From NCBI GenBank assembly GCA_002722215.1, contig PBKX01000004.1, forward strand, positions 35,482 to 99,481: 64,000 nucleotides of DNA, written 5' to 3'. The stretch comes from Flavobacteriales bacterium. GTDB taxonomy: Bacteria; Bacteroidota; Bacteroidia; Flavobacteriales; TMED113. The translations under genes were made by a program, and so were the position numbers. The stretch's first letter is position 1. Each line of letters begins with the position of its first letter. Shown here piece by piece: positions 20,010-29,745 of the stretch. A model generated the notes under the pieces. The model was not told where the DNA came from. It saw only the letters and a list, made by a program, of their open reading frames with translations, and ran no database searches.

Positions 20010-21163
20010 TTATCTCAAATAAAGTTGTATTTCCATCAATGGATGGCGGAGCGGTAGCGATGCAGAAACTAGCGAAAAATTTAATTAGTCAAAGTTATCA
20101 GCTTGATATTATTTGCATCAATAAAAATGACACTTTAAAATCAATGTCAAAAAAATATTTAAAGCTCGAAAAAAATCAAATAACACAAACTCAAATTCAA
20201 AAAAATATGAGTTTTAATTTATTGATTTTTATTACAAGTATAATTAAACAAAAAGCATATCAAGCAACACGTTTCTATGATTTAGAAATCCAAAATATGA
20301 TCCAAGAAAAAATTGATAACAACAAGTATACCGCTATAATTTTTGAAAGTATTTTCACTACCATATATTTAAACAAACTCATATTTCATAATAATCCTCA
20401 AATTATTTTAAGAGCACATAACATAGAACATAAAATATGGAAAAATTTAGCTCGTCATACAATCAGTAAAAAGTTGGTTTTTTTACTACTAGCGAAGCAA
20501 ATAAAAAAAATGGAAAAAGAAATCCCTAAATATGTAGATTATATATTTACTTTATCAGAAAAAGATCAACAATATTTTCAAAATATTTTTCCGAAAAAAA
20601 CACATAATATACCTGTAACATTCGACATAGAAAATATAAGTCATAAAAAGATACGAAATAGTATCGTACACTTAGGGGCAATGGACTGGAAACCTAACAC
20701 GGAGGGTATAAGCTGGTTTTTACAAAACGTGCACCCCCAATTAGAAGATGAAGATATTAAAATATATATTGCTGGTAAAAATATGCCTAAGAAATACTTT
20801 AATTATGTCAGTCCAAATACAGTAATAGAAGGAGCAGTGAAAAATGCAAAAAATTATATAAAAAATAAAGAAGTTGTTTTTGTGCCATTATTATCAGGGA
20901 GTGGAGTTCGAATTAAAATATTAGAAAGTATGGCGTTAGGTATTCCAGTTGTAAGTACAAGAAAAGGAGCAGAAGGCATTCCATACACAGATAGAAAAAA
21001 TATATTCATTGCTAACAGTCCTCTAGAATTTAAAAATGCATTATGTATACTCATACAGAATAAACAATTAGCCGCACAAATAGGAAAAGAAGGTCAAAGA
21101 TTAATTCAAGAGCGCTTTTCAGATCAAATAGTAATTAAAAAATTACGTCATATTCTACAATAG
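19991..21163 (+). CDS. GT-B glycosyltransferase (family 4/1)
   Basis: 390 aa. The C-terminal half carries the EX7E-type region (GSGVRIKILESMALGIPVVST). Confidence 0.8.
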   Translation: MAKKILIISNKVVFPSMDGGAVAMQKLAKNLISQSYQLDIICINKNDTLKSMSKKYLKLEKNQITQTQIQKNMSFNLLIFITSIIKQKAYQATRFYDLEIQNMIQEKIDNNKYTAIIFESIFTTIYLNKLIFHNNPQIILRAHNIEHKIWKNLARHTISKKLVFLLLAKQIKKMEKEIPKYVDYIFTLSEKDQQYFQNIFPKKTHNIPVTFDIENISHKKIRNSIVHLGAMDWKPNTEGISWFLQNVHPQLEDEDIKIYIAGKNMPKKYFNYVSPNTVIEGAVKNAKNYIKNKEVVFVPLLSGSGVRIKILESMALGIPVVSTRKGAEGIPYTDRKNIFIANSPLEFKNALCILIQNKQLAAQIGKEGQRLIQERFSDQIVIKKLRHILQ

Positions 21164-21168
21164 GTACC

Positions 21169-22335
21169 ATGAAAAAACAAAAAATTGTTATTATCACTTC
21201 TAGATTCCCATTTCCGTTAGACAAAGGAGATAAGTTAAGAATTTATCATCAAATAAAATATATATCAAAATATCATAACATATATTTAATTGCATTAAAC
21301 ACAGAGGGTAAAATAACACAACATAGCTTCAAGCAATTAGAACAATACTGTAAAGAAATTCATGTCATCGAATTAAGTCTAATAGTCAGAATGATTAATA
21401 TTTTCAAATCTATATTAACATATGAACCCTTACAAGTTGGTTATTTTTACTCAAAGAATGCACATCGAAAAATTGAAGCTATCATCCATGAAATAAAACC
21501 TGATTGGTGCTATGGTCAATTAATTCGAACAGCAAAATATATTTATAATTATGAAAATAATATCATAGATTACATGGACGCATTTTCTAAGGGGATTGAA
21601 AGGCGAATTAAAAATTTTCCAAAATATATACAACCAATCATTAAATACGAATCAAAGATTGTTCAAGATTTTGAAAAAAAAGTATTTAACCATTTTAAAA
21701 AACACTCTATTATTACATCTAACGATAGGCAATATATTCAACATACAAATTCAAATAACATTACAATCATTCCAAACGGTGTCGATACTCATTATTTCGC
21801 TCCAAGATATAATGTGGCAAAAAAATATGATATTGTATTTGTAGGCAATATGAATTACCCACCGAATATAGAAGCAGCCCGATATATATGTGAGGAAATT
21901 GTTCCAATAATAAAAAGAAAACATAAAAAATGTAAAGTATTAATTGGAGGAACCAATCCCAATAAAAAAATAAAAAAAATGTCAAATAAAGATGTGAAAA
22001 TATCTGGATGGGTTGAGGATATAAGAACAATTTATGCATCTGGCAAAATATTTGTTGCCCCAATGTTTATCGGCACAGGATTACAAAACAAACTTCTAGA
22101 GGCAATGGCAATGGGTATCCCATGCATAACAACAGAATTAGCGAATAATGCATTACGTGCTAATTCATCTCAAATTATTATTGCCAACAATAATACAGAA
22201 TTTGCCAATGCATGCATTGACATATTAAAAAATAATGACAAAGCTAATTCTTTACGGGAAAATGGATTAAAATTTGTAAAAGAAAATTATGATTGGAATT
22301 TAATTAATCATAAATTAACTTCAATGTTCAAATAA
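21169..22335 (+). CDS. GT-B glycosyltransferase (family 4/1)
   Basis: 388 aa. The C-terminal GTGLQNKLLEAMAMGIPCITT region is typical of GT4. Confidence 0.8.
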   Translation: MKKQKIVIITSRFPFPLDKGDKLRIYHQIKYISKYHNIYLIALNTEGKITQHSFKQLEQYCKEIHVIELSLIVRMINIFKSILTYEPLQVGYFYSKNAHRKIEAIIHEIKPDWCYGQLIRTAKYIYNYENNIIDYMDAFSKGIERRIKNFPKYIQPIIKYESKIVQDFEKKVFNHFKKHSIITSNDRQYIQHTNSNNITIIPNGVDTHYFAPRYNVAKKYDIVFVGNMNYPPNIEAARYICEEIVPIIKRKHKKCKVLIGGTNPNKKIKKMSNKDVKISGWVEDIRTIYASGKIFVAPMFIGTGLQNKLLEAMAMGIPCITTELANNALRANSSQIIIANNNTEFANACIDILKNNDKANSLRENGLKFVKENYDWNLINHKLTSMFK

Positions 22336-22339
22336 TCAA

Positions 22340-23544
22340 ATGATGAAACATAAATTAAACTCAATATCTGAAGCTATATTAGAGATCAAAAAAGGTAATA
22401 TAGTCATAGTTGTAGATGATGAGAATAGAGAAAATGAAGGAGATTTTGTGGCAGCAGCTGAAAAAGTTACTCCTGAAATGATCAATTTCATGGCCACTCA
22501 TGGCAGAGGTTTAATTTGTGTTCCATTAATAGATAAAAGATGTGATGAATTAAATTTAGATTTAATGGTGGGAAAAAATAGTGATCCCATGAAAACTCAA
22601 TTTACAATATCGGTAGATAAAATTGGAAATGGTTGTACTACAGGTATATCTGCACATGATAGATGTGAAACTGTCAAAGCCTTAGCAAATCCAAAACAAA
22701 AGTGAATGAATTATCAAGACCTGGACATATTTTTCCTTTAAAATCTATGAATGGAGGCGTGCTTCGAAGAGCTGGGCATACAGAGGCTGCAATCGACTTA
22801 GCTCGATTAGCCAATCTAAAACCATGTGGTCTAATTGTAGAGGTAATGAATAAAGATGGGACTATGGCCAAACTACATGACCTAAAAAAAATAGCCAAAC
22901 AACATAATCTGAAAATTATCTCCATTGAAGATTTAATTGCACATAGACTAAAACATGAATCCTTAATTAAAAAAGAAGTAACAATTCATTTGCCCACTAA
23001 ATTTGGCGACTTTCAATTAATAGGCTATAGAGATACTAACACAAATGAAGAGCACCTAGCAATTACTAAAGGTGAGTGGAAGAAGGATGAACCAATCTTA
23101 ACACGAGTCCATTCTTCTTGTTTTACTGGTGACATACTAGGATCTTTAAAATGTGATTGTGGAGATCAATTAACATTAGCATTAGAACAAATTGAAAAAG
23201 AAGGGAAAGGAGTTGTCTTATATATGAATCAAGAAGGAAGAGGTATTGGCCTTATGAATAAATTAAAATCTTATAAATTGCAAGAAGGAGGTTTAGATAC
23301 AGTAGACGCGAATTTAAAATTAGGCTTTAAAAGCGATCAAAGAGATTATGGCATAGGTGCTCAAATACTAAGAGATCTTGGAGTATCTAAACTAAGACTG
23401 TTAACGAATAATCCTACAAAAAGAGCAGGACTACTGGCATACGGAATTGAAATTATTGAAAACGTCCCTATCCTTGGAAAGATAAATACTTATAATGAAC
23501 AGTATTTGAAAACAAAAAAAATAAAAATGAAACACAAACTTTAG
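22340..23544 (+). pseudogene. ribBA: ribBA (DHBP synthase / GTP cyclohydrolase II) with a 1-nt frame break at about 22702
   Basis: ORF 22340..22705 carries the first half of the DHBP synthase domain (VVDDENRENEGDF, GISAHDR). ORF 22702..23544 continues with [24 protein letters not shown] and then the cyclohydrolase II domain ([25 protein letters not shown]). The two frames differ by one base. Confidence 0.85.
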
Positions 23545-23547
23545 TCA

Positions 23548-26500
23548 TTACTCATTTTTCTCAATAATGAACAATTCATTAAAACTGTTAAATTGTTTTT
23601 TAAAAAACATACCAACACCTGTCTCATAGCCAGAATCAAATGGAGTGATTGATAGAGGATCATAGTCCTCTGGCCTAGTAAAAAATCTGAATTTAAACTT
23701 ACCATCTCTAAAATAATCAAACTCAATATCTAAATCTCCTACAATATTAGATTTTGATTGATCCGATGGTGTTCGTGTACCGGGTGTGCCCACATTACCA
23801 TTCACAATAAATCTATTATCTAAAAATTTATAACTTACTGCTAATTCAACCTGTTGAGAACTTAAAGAATCATTAGTCCCGGGGATCCATTTAAATCCTA
23901 AATCAAAAGCATCCGTTGTTTGAGATAACCAATTTGATAATTGATTTGATAAAAGCTCTGTCCCAGTAGTTGCTAATGTATTCCCGATGTAATCAACAGT
24001 AGGATCATTTTCAATTAAAAAACTATTAGCAATCAGTAGATATAAAAATTGCTCTAATAGTTTTTGATCTGTATTGGTTAAACTTTCAAGATATGCTTCA
24101 GCTATTTGATCGCCATTAACTATATCAATACTAAAATTTATATCAGGATCTAATAACGAACCAGACATTTCCATTCTACATATTATTGGAGATTTTGTGT
24201 CTCTATCATAATCTGGATTTAAAGGATTTAGAGAAGCCTGAGTATTATATAATAAACTCAAATTAATTCGTGCATCATATACGCTGCCATCAAACTCAAG
24301 AACACCTCCTCTTTCTATTTCAAAGCTCTTTGTAATAACATCCTGCAGCGTAAATAAATAATTACCTTTTTCTATTTCAAAATCTCCAAAAACTTCAAAA
24401 TTCCCTTCTTTATTTAGCTTTAAAGATAAATCCCCTTCTCCATAGCCTTTAATAATATCACCTAATTCTTCATCAATAATTAATTGTATCTCAGATTGAT
24501 TATCTATTGATAAGTTGAAATCCATATCAAAATTAGGTTTTTGCACAACTTGATCTGACGGCATATTTTCTTCTGTTATATGGGTATTAAATCGAATAAA
24601 TTGATTTTTTTCAACTTCTTTAGATCGAGATAATGGTATCATGAATTTAGATCCACCTTTAGATTTACCATGAATAATTAAACTAACACCTTTTGGGGCG
24701 CCATTTACAAGCATATTCCCTCCTAAAAAAATATTTCCATAATAATATGAATTATCATATTTACTCGTATTTAAAGCATGAAGACTATCTGTATCAATAG
24801 AAAGATTATAAAACATATCTTTTAAACCCGTGTGAGTAATTTCTGCACTGAATACTGCGCGAGTGTTGTCACTTATGTCATAAAAAGTGAAATTATCCAT
24901 GGAAATTAAATTATTATTAAATTTGACAGCTAAGTCATTATTTTTAGCAGAATAACTCATTCCTAAATAAGGAATTTTGAAGTTTACATTTTGAAGAGAA
25001 GTCGTCCCTGAAATATTATAATTAGTGATTAAACCATCAAGATTAAGATTACCATTCACAAGTCCACTTAAATTGGAAACAGGCTTAATCAATAAATCTA
25101 AAACCTCTATGGGAAACTCATTAAAAATTATATTTGCATTAATCTCCCTTGTCCCATCTAATGGATATTTAGCTATAAAACGCATTGTTTCTTTTGTGTC
25201 TTGAATCATTCCAGTGGTATATATAGAATCATTTTTTTCATTTGATATATTATTAAGTTTCAGCCTGCCCAATAGAGTCTTATTAAAAGCAAAATCATTA
25301 ACTTCAAAATTACCAGATAAAGCTGGAAAAGACGATGGATTGAATACAACATTACCATCTAAAATACCATCAAATAAAAAAGATCGATTCCTTAAAAAAG
25401 GATTTAAATAATTAATCTTAAACTTATTGAAATAAAAAGTCATATTAGATGTATTTCCCAACCATCCATTCATTCCTAATACTTGACCGTCCATAGTTAA
25501 AGAAAAGTTCTTAAATCTTAAATTTCCTCTATCCCAAACTAATTTTGAAAGAGGGTCAATAGACCAAGTGTAATTAAATAACTGAAATACCGATTTATCA
25601 GCAAAATGAATATCAATACTATTATCATCTATAAATTCAAACCCTCCTGCCAATTTTCCCTCATTTAAATTCAGAGAGGAATAGGTGAGTAAGAAATTTG
25701 ATATATTTTGTTCATTAAATTCTGTAGATAAATTGAAGTTGTTTAATTGAATTTTATCTAAAACAATCACATTATCTACTAAAATATTAATCTTTTTTAG
25801 AGTATCCAACATTGTACTAAATTGACAATTCGTCAGACTTATATCAGAAAACTTAATATTAGGAGACATACAGTTTATAGTAGGGAAACTTGAATTTTCA
25901 GAATAAATACTAAATGCTAGAGTATCATTTAAGTCTAAATTATTAGAAAAAATATCCGATAAAACAGAGGCTCGATTCAAATCTCCATTTAAACTGAATG
26001 ATGGGAGTTTATTGTTTTTATTCAAATCAAAAATAGTATTTGAAAATACTTCTGCACGGATATTCCCTAAAGAAGAGTTTATAGATAATTGACTGTTATT
26101 TAAATAAAAATAAATTGAATCTATAAAATTGACATTCCCTTGTTTATTATATTGAAAATTATTCAACATAATACTCGGATTATTAGTCTCTAAAAAAGAA
26201 ATTTGATTATCTGAAAACAAGAACCGAAAATTATTAAATTCAAATTCACTAGAGAGAAAATTAATATTCTTACTAATATTATAATTCAAAGCATTAAGAT
26301 CAATATATTTAATGAGTCCAACGATACTAGAATTATAAATCATAGTAGTATCATATAGATTAGACTGCAGGTTGAACTGCGCTGTTAATATGCAATTAGG
26401 ATCATTTAAACTAATATCATAAACCCTACGATTATTAAACAAGGAGTTTTGTTGAATAAAGATGTTTTGGTAAGAATAATCATCAAATACGAGATCATGA

Positions 26501-27609
26501 ATCTCTGTATCTAAATTCAAGATACTATTATCTTTAATAGTCAAAAAATGTGTTGAATTGATGTGACCTAACCGTTTTTTATTTAAAAAATCTCCAAGCT
26601 CAAAGTCAATAAAAGAAGTAACTATATTAATGTTTTTTGTATTGAACATATCCAGCGAAAAATGAAGATCTCCATAATTACAATCAATCTCACCACTAGA
26701 AGAAACAATTTTATTCTCAACTTCTAAAACACCATTAACAATGATATCTTTCAGTAAATTTTGATTACTTCCAAGAATTGGCAGATGTAAGCTATTTAAT
26801 TTAGATTGATACTGTGCATATAAGAGTGTCGGTTTTTTAACAAAATCAATAGCTAATCTACTAGAATCCAATACAACTTCTGCAAAGCCTACAATAGAAT
26901 CCTTACTAAAAGATGTATTAGAAGAAAAATTCAAAAATTGCATATCTATATTATTGAATATATTATATGATGGAAGTAGAGATAAAAAATTACTACAGTC
27001 AGAATTTGTAATATCTAATATTAGATTAGCATTACGAATTGAACAAGTCCCATTAACACTACAACTATCTTGGGACACAAAGATATTTTGAATATTCAAC
27101 GTATGATTTGAACAGGATAAATCTGTCATCTTAATATTCAGAGTATTTAGGAAAGATCCATTGTAGAGCACATGTATATTATTTAACTGTAAATTACTGA
27201 GCAGTATTTTTTGATCAAAAGAAGATAAAAAAGTAAAGAATCGTTGAAATTCATATGAAGAATCTGTCTCTCGCTTAGGTATATTTAAGACTAATGAATC
27301 AAGATAAATATGTTCGATATGTAATTCATTGGATATGATAAACTCCAAAAAGTTCATGTCGATTTTAAAACTAGAAGTAGAGAGTATAGTATCTTGATAT
27401 TCCAATATATGTAAATCTGAACTAATTTGGCTAGAAAAAATATTATAATCAAAATGAGTAATAGAAACTTCAATATCATTGAAATCAAAATAATGATCTA
27501 GATAATAAGTAATTATTTGTTTTTGAAATCCAGAATAATTAAGCAATCCAAATATAATCGAAAAACAAAATAGAAATGGCAATAATATTTTTCGTAGGTT
27601 TATGGTCAA
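23548..27609 (-). CDS. tamB: translocation and assembly module protein TamB (DUF490 family)
   Basis: About 1350 aa and beta-rich. It has an N-terminal signal anchor (RKILLPFLFCFSIIFGLLNY) and a DUF490-like C-terminus (..GNYLFTLQDVITKSFEIERGGVLEFDG..IICRMEMSGSLLDPDINFSI..). I place the start at TTG 27609. The ORF-track start at 27804 adds 65 non-homologous codons antisense to tsaD. Confidence 0.75.
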   Translation of the reverse strand: MTINLRKILLPFLFCFSIIFGLLNYSGFQKQIITYYLDHYFDFNDIEVSITHFDYNIFSSQISSDLHILEYQDTILSTSSFKIDMNFLEFIISNELHIEHIYLDSLVLNIPKRETDSSYEFQRFFTFLSSFDQKILLSNLQLNNIHVLYNGSFLNTLNIKMTDLSCSNHTLNIQNIFVSQDSCSVNGTCSIRNANLILDITNSDCSNFLSLLPSYNIFNNIDMQFLNFSSNTSFSKDSIVGFAEVVLDSSRLAIDFVKKPTLLYAQYQSKLNSLHLPILGSNQNLLKDIIVNGVLEVENKIVSSSGEIDCNYGDLHFSLDMFNTKNINIVTSFIDFELGDFLNKKRLGHINSTHFLTIKDNSILNLDTEIHDLVFDDYSYQNIFIQQNSLFNNRRVYDISLNDPNCILTAQFNLQSNLYDTTMIYNSSIVGLIKYIDLNALNYNISKNINFLSSEFEFNNFRFLFSDNQISFLETNNPSIMLNNFQYNKQGNVNFIDSIYFYLNNSQLSINSSLGNIRAEVFSNTIFDLNKNNKLPSFSLNGDLNRASVLSDIFSNNLDLNDTLAFSIYSENSSFPTINCMSPNIKFSDISLTNCQFSTMLDTLKKINILVDNVIVLDKIQLNNFNLSTEFNEQNISNFLLTYSSLNLNEGKLAGGFEFIDDNSIDIHFADKSVFQLFNYTWSIDPLSKLVWDRGNLRFKNFSLTMDGQVLGMNGWLGNTSNMTFYFNKFKINYLNPFLRNRSFLFDGILDGNVVFNPSSFPALSGNFEVNDFAFNKTLLGRLKLNNISNEKNDSIYTTGMIQDTKETMRFIAKYPLDGTREINANIIFNEFPIEVLDLLIKPVSNLSGLVNGNLNLDGLITNYNISGTTSLQNVNFKIPYLGMSYSAKNNDLAVKFNNNLISMDNFTFYDISDNTRAVFSAEITHTGLKDMFYNLSIDTDSLHALNTSKYDNSYYYGNIFLGGNMLVNGAPKGVSLIIHGKSKGGSKFMIPLSRSKEVEKNQFIRFNTHITEENMPSDQVVQKPNFDMDFNLSIDNQSEIQLIIDEELGDIIKGYGEGDLSLKLNKEGNFEVFGDFEIEKGNYLFTLQDVITKSFEIERGGVLEFDGSVYDARINLSLLYNTQASLNPLNPDYDRDTKSPIICRMEMSGSLLDPDINFSIDIVNGDQIAEAYLESLTNTDQKLLEQFLYLLIANSFLIENDPTVDYIGNTLATTGTELLSNQLSNWLSQTTDAFDLGFKWIPGTNDSLSSQQVELAVSYKFLDNRFIVNGNVGTPGTRTPSDQSKSNIVGDLDIEFDYFRDGKFKFRFFTRPEDYDPLSITPFDSGYETGVGMFFKKQFNSFNELFIIEKNE

Positions 27610-27622
27610 TATATTATATTTT

Positions 27623-28657
27623 ATGTCTATTAAAGTTAATAAAGATATTATTATTTTAGCAATTGAGTCATCATGTGACGACACATCTGTTGCTATATCA
27701 AAAAATAAAGAAATACTCGTAAATATCGTAGCGAACCAAAAAGTACATAAAGAATATGGCGGAGTTGTTCCTGAACTTGCATCACGAGAGCACCAAAAAA
27801 ACATAGTGCCAACAATATCTTTAGCAATAAAAATGTCAAAAATATCAAAAGATCAAATTGATGCGATTGCATTTACTAGAGGACCCGGATTAATGGGGTC
27901 ATTATTAGTTGGTGCATCATTTGCAAAAAGTTTATCAATATCTTTAAAAAAACCATTAATTGAAATCAATCACATGGAGGCACATGTATTAGCAAATTGT
28001 ATTGATGAAGATCCAGTATTCCCATTTATATGCTTAACTGTATCGGGAGGACATACCCAAATTGTTAGAGTAGAAAATGTTAACCAAATTGAAGTAATTG
28101 GAGAAACAATTGATGATTCTGCTGGAGAGACATTTGATAAATGTGCAAAAATGTTAGGCTTAAATTATCCTGGTGGACCAGAAATTGAAAAAAATAGTAA
28201 ACATGGGAATCATTTAGCATTTTCATTTACACATCCTAAAGTTGATGGTTTAAACTTTAGCTTCAGTGGTTTAAAAACCAATTTTATGCGACTCATTCAA
28301 AATAAAAGTATTAACAACCCCTCTTTTATTCAACACCGATTATCTGATTTATGTGCGTCAATTCAATATACTATTATTCAAATATTAACTAATAAGCTGG
28401 ATCTTGCTATTAGAAAATATAATGTAAAAAATATTGCAATTTCAGGGGGTGTCGCTGCTAATCAGGAATTTAGAAAAGCTATTATATCACTTGAAAAAAA
28501 ATATAACACAAAAGCATTAATACCTAAAAAAGAATACTCCACTGATAACGCTGCGATGATTGCTATATCATCTTATTATAAGTATAGAACTAGCCAGTTT
28601 ACTAAAACATCAATTAATGTAGATCCAAGATATAAGTTAAAACAGTATGATCAATAA
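27623..28657 (+). CDS. tsaD: tRNA N6-adenosine threonylcarbamoyltransferase TsaD
   Basis: IILAIESSCDDTS, HMEAHVLA and SGGVAAN motifs. ATG 27623 is preferred over 27602 because TsaD N-termini lie a few residues before the ILAIESSCD block. Confidence 0.9.
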   Translation: MSIKVNKDIIILAIESSCDDTSVAISKNKEILVNIVANQKVHKEYGGVVPELASREHQKNIVPTISLAIKMSKISKDQIDAIAFTRGPGLMGSLLVGASFAKSLSISLKKPLIEINHMEAHVLANCIDEDPVFPFICLTVSGGHTQIVRVENVNQIEVIGETIDDSAGETFDKCAKMLGLNYPGGPEIEKNSKHGNHLAFSFTHPKVDGLNFSFSGLKTNFMRLIQNKSINNPSFIQHRLSDLCASIQYTIIQILTNKLDLAIRKYNVKNIAISGGVAANQEFRKAIISLEKKYNTKALIPKKEYSTDNAAMIAISSYYKYRTSQFTKTSINVDPRYKLKQYDQ

Positions 28658-28687
28658 AGAGATGGAGTTTAAGAATTCAAAATATTC

Positions 28688-29671
28688 TTAATACTGTAAA
28701 TTTAAATCTCGATTCCAATTAAATACATTTCTGCTATTATTGAGATAAAACACTAGACCTAGCTCATGAGAAGAGTTAGAATACTCCCCTATTTCTCCAT
28801 AATTAATATCAATATTATAAATAAATCCTATTTTTCCATATTTAATACCAAAGCCAGCTAAAATTTCTTTGTTTGTTCTGTAACCCAATAATAAATAAAA
28901 AGCATCATTGAAATCTGTTTTCAAATTAAAATCAAATTGTACTCCTGAATATGAGGTATTACGCATTAAGATTGTTTGCTCCACTCCTATTTTAGAAATA
29001 TCATTAAAATAATGGTAACCCGCTAAAGCATAATAATGTCGAACTAATTGATTAGGACTGTTATCATCTAAACTTGAAATAGTAGAAGATTGTATCATAT
29101 TTAAAACTGAAAAACCAGCAAATATAAAATCACTATAAATAAACATACCAAAATTCATATCAACAGTAGTTCTTTTATCAGAAACATCTAATGCAGGATC
29201 ATACGGATCATTAGAGGTTCCTGGACTATTTGGATTGACTGAATTAGCATTATATAAATACTGATAAGGAACCAAACCTAAACCTAAAGACATACTATAA
29301 TCTAAAACAAGTGGGAATTTAAATGAATAATCTAATTCTAAACCCGTAATACTTATTGCTCCTGTGTTATCCTGAAACAGGATCCCACCAACGCCTTGTG
29401 AATCATCTAAAATATAATTTCCGGATAGTGATGTTGTTCTAATACCGTCAGAAAAACCAACCCACTGACTACGAGTAGTAAGATGAAAATTTGAAATACT
29501 ACTGACTCCTGGAAAAGCAGGATTAATAATTAAGGGATTATAAACATATTGATTATGTAACGGCAATTGTTGACTGAAGAGAAAAAAAGGCAAGCAATAA
29601 AAAGAAAAAATTAAACAAAAATGAATGTTTTGAGAAAATTTAATTTTTAAAAAATTATTTAATAATGTCAT
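28688..29671 (-). CDS. PorP/SprF family type IX secretion system membrane protein
   Basis: Signal peptide followed by the hallmark start QQLPLHNQYVYNPLIINPAFPG. A ~300-aa beta-barrel-like sequence with an aromatic C-terminus. Confidence 0.8.
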   Translation of the reverse strand: MTLLNNFLKIKFSQNIHFCLIFSFYCLPFFLFSQQLPLHNQYVYNPLIINPAFPGVSSISNFHLTTRSQWVGFSDGIRTTSLSGNYILDDSQGVGGILFQDNTGAISITGLELDYSFKFPLVLDYSMSLGLGLVPYQYLYNANSVNPNSPGTSNDPYDPALDVSDKRTTVDMNFGMFIYSDFIFAGFSVLNMIQSSTISSLDDNSPNQLVRHYYALAGYHYFNDISKIGVEQTILMRNTSYSGVQFDFNLKTDFNDAFYLLLGYRTNKEILAGFGIKYGKIGFIYNIDINYGEIGEYSNSSHELGLVFYLNNSRNVFNWNRDLNLQY

Positions 29672-29745
29672 CGTTTTATTTAAAAGTCTTAACTAATCTA
29701 AATTATAATATAATTACTTTTTTAAAATCAAAAAAACAATATGAG

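Noticed and set aside
21596-22063. Two ORFs (82 aa plus strand, 98 aa minus strand) inside the second GT4 gene
   Set aside because: They are out-of-frame or antisense to a full-length glycosyltransferase, and their translations are low-complexity.
22336-22339. Looked for riboswitches upstream of ribBA (FMN), glyA, purA and the transporter genes
   Set aside because: The upstream spacers are 4 to 70 nt, too short for any known riboswitch aptamer, and I saw no conserved aptamer core sequences.
27610-27804. 65-codon N-terminal extension of the tamB ORF (track start at 27804)
   Set aside because: The extension (MFFWCSRDASSGTTPPYS...) precedes the signal anchor and is antisense to conserved tsaD codons. 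TTG 27609 gives a normal TamB N-terminus.
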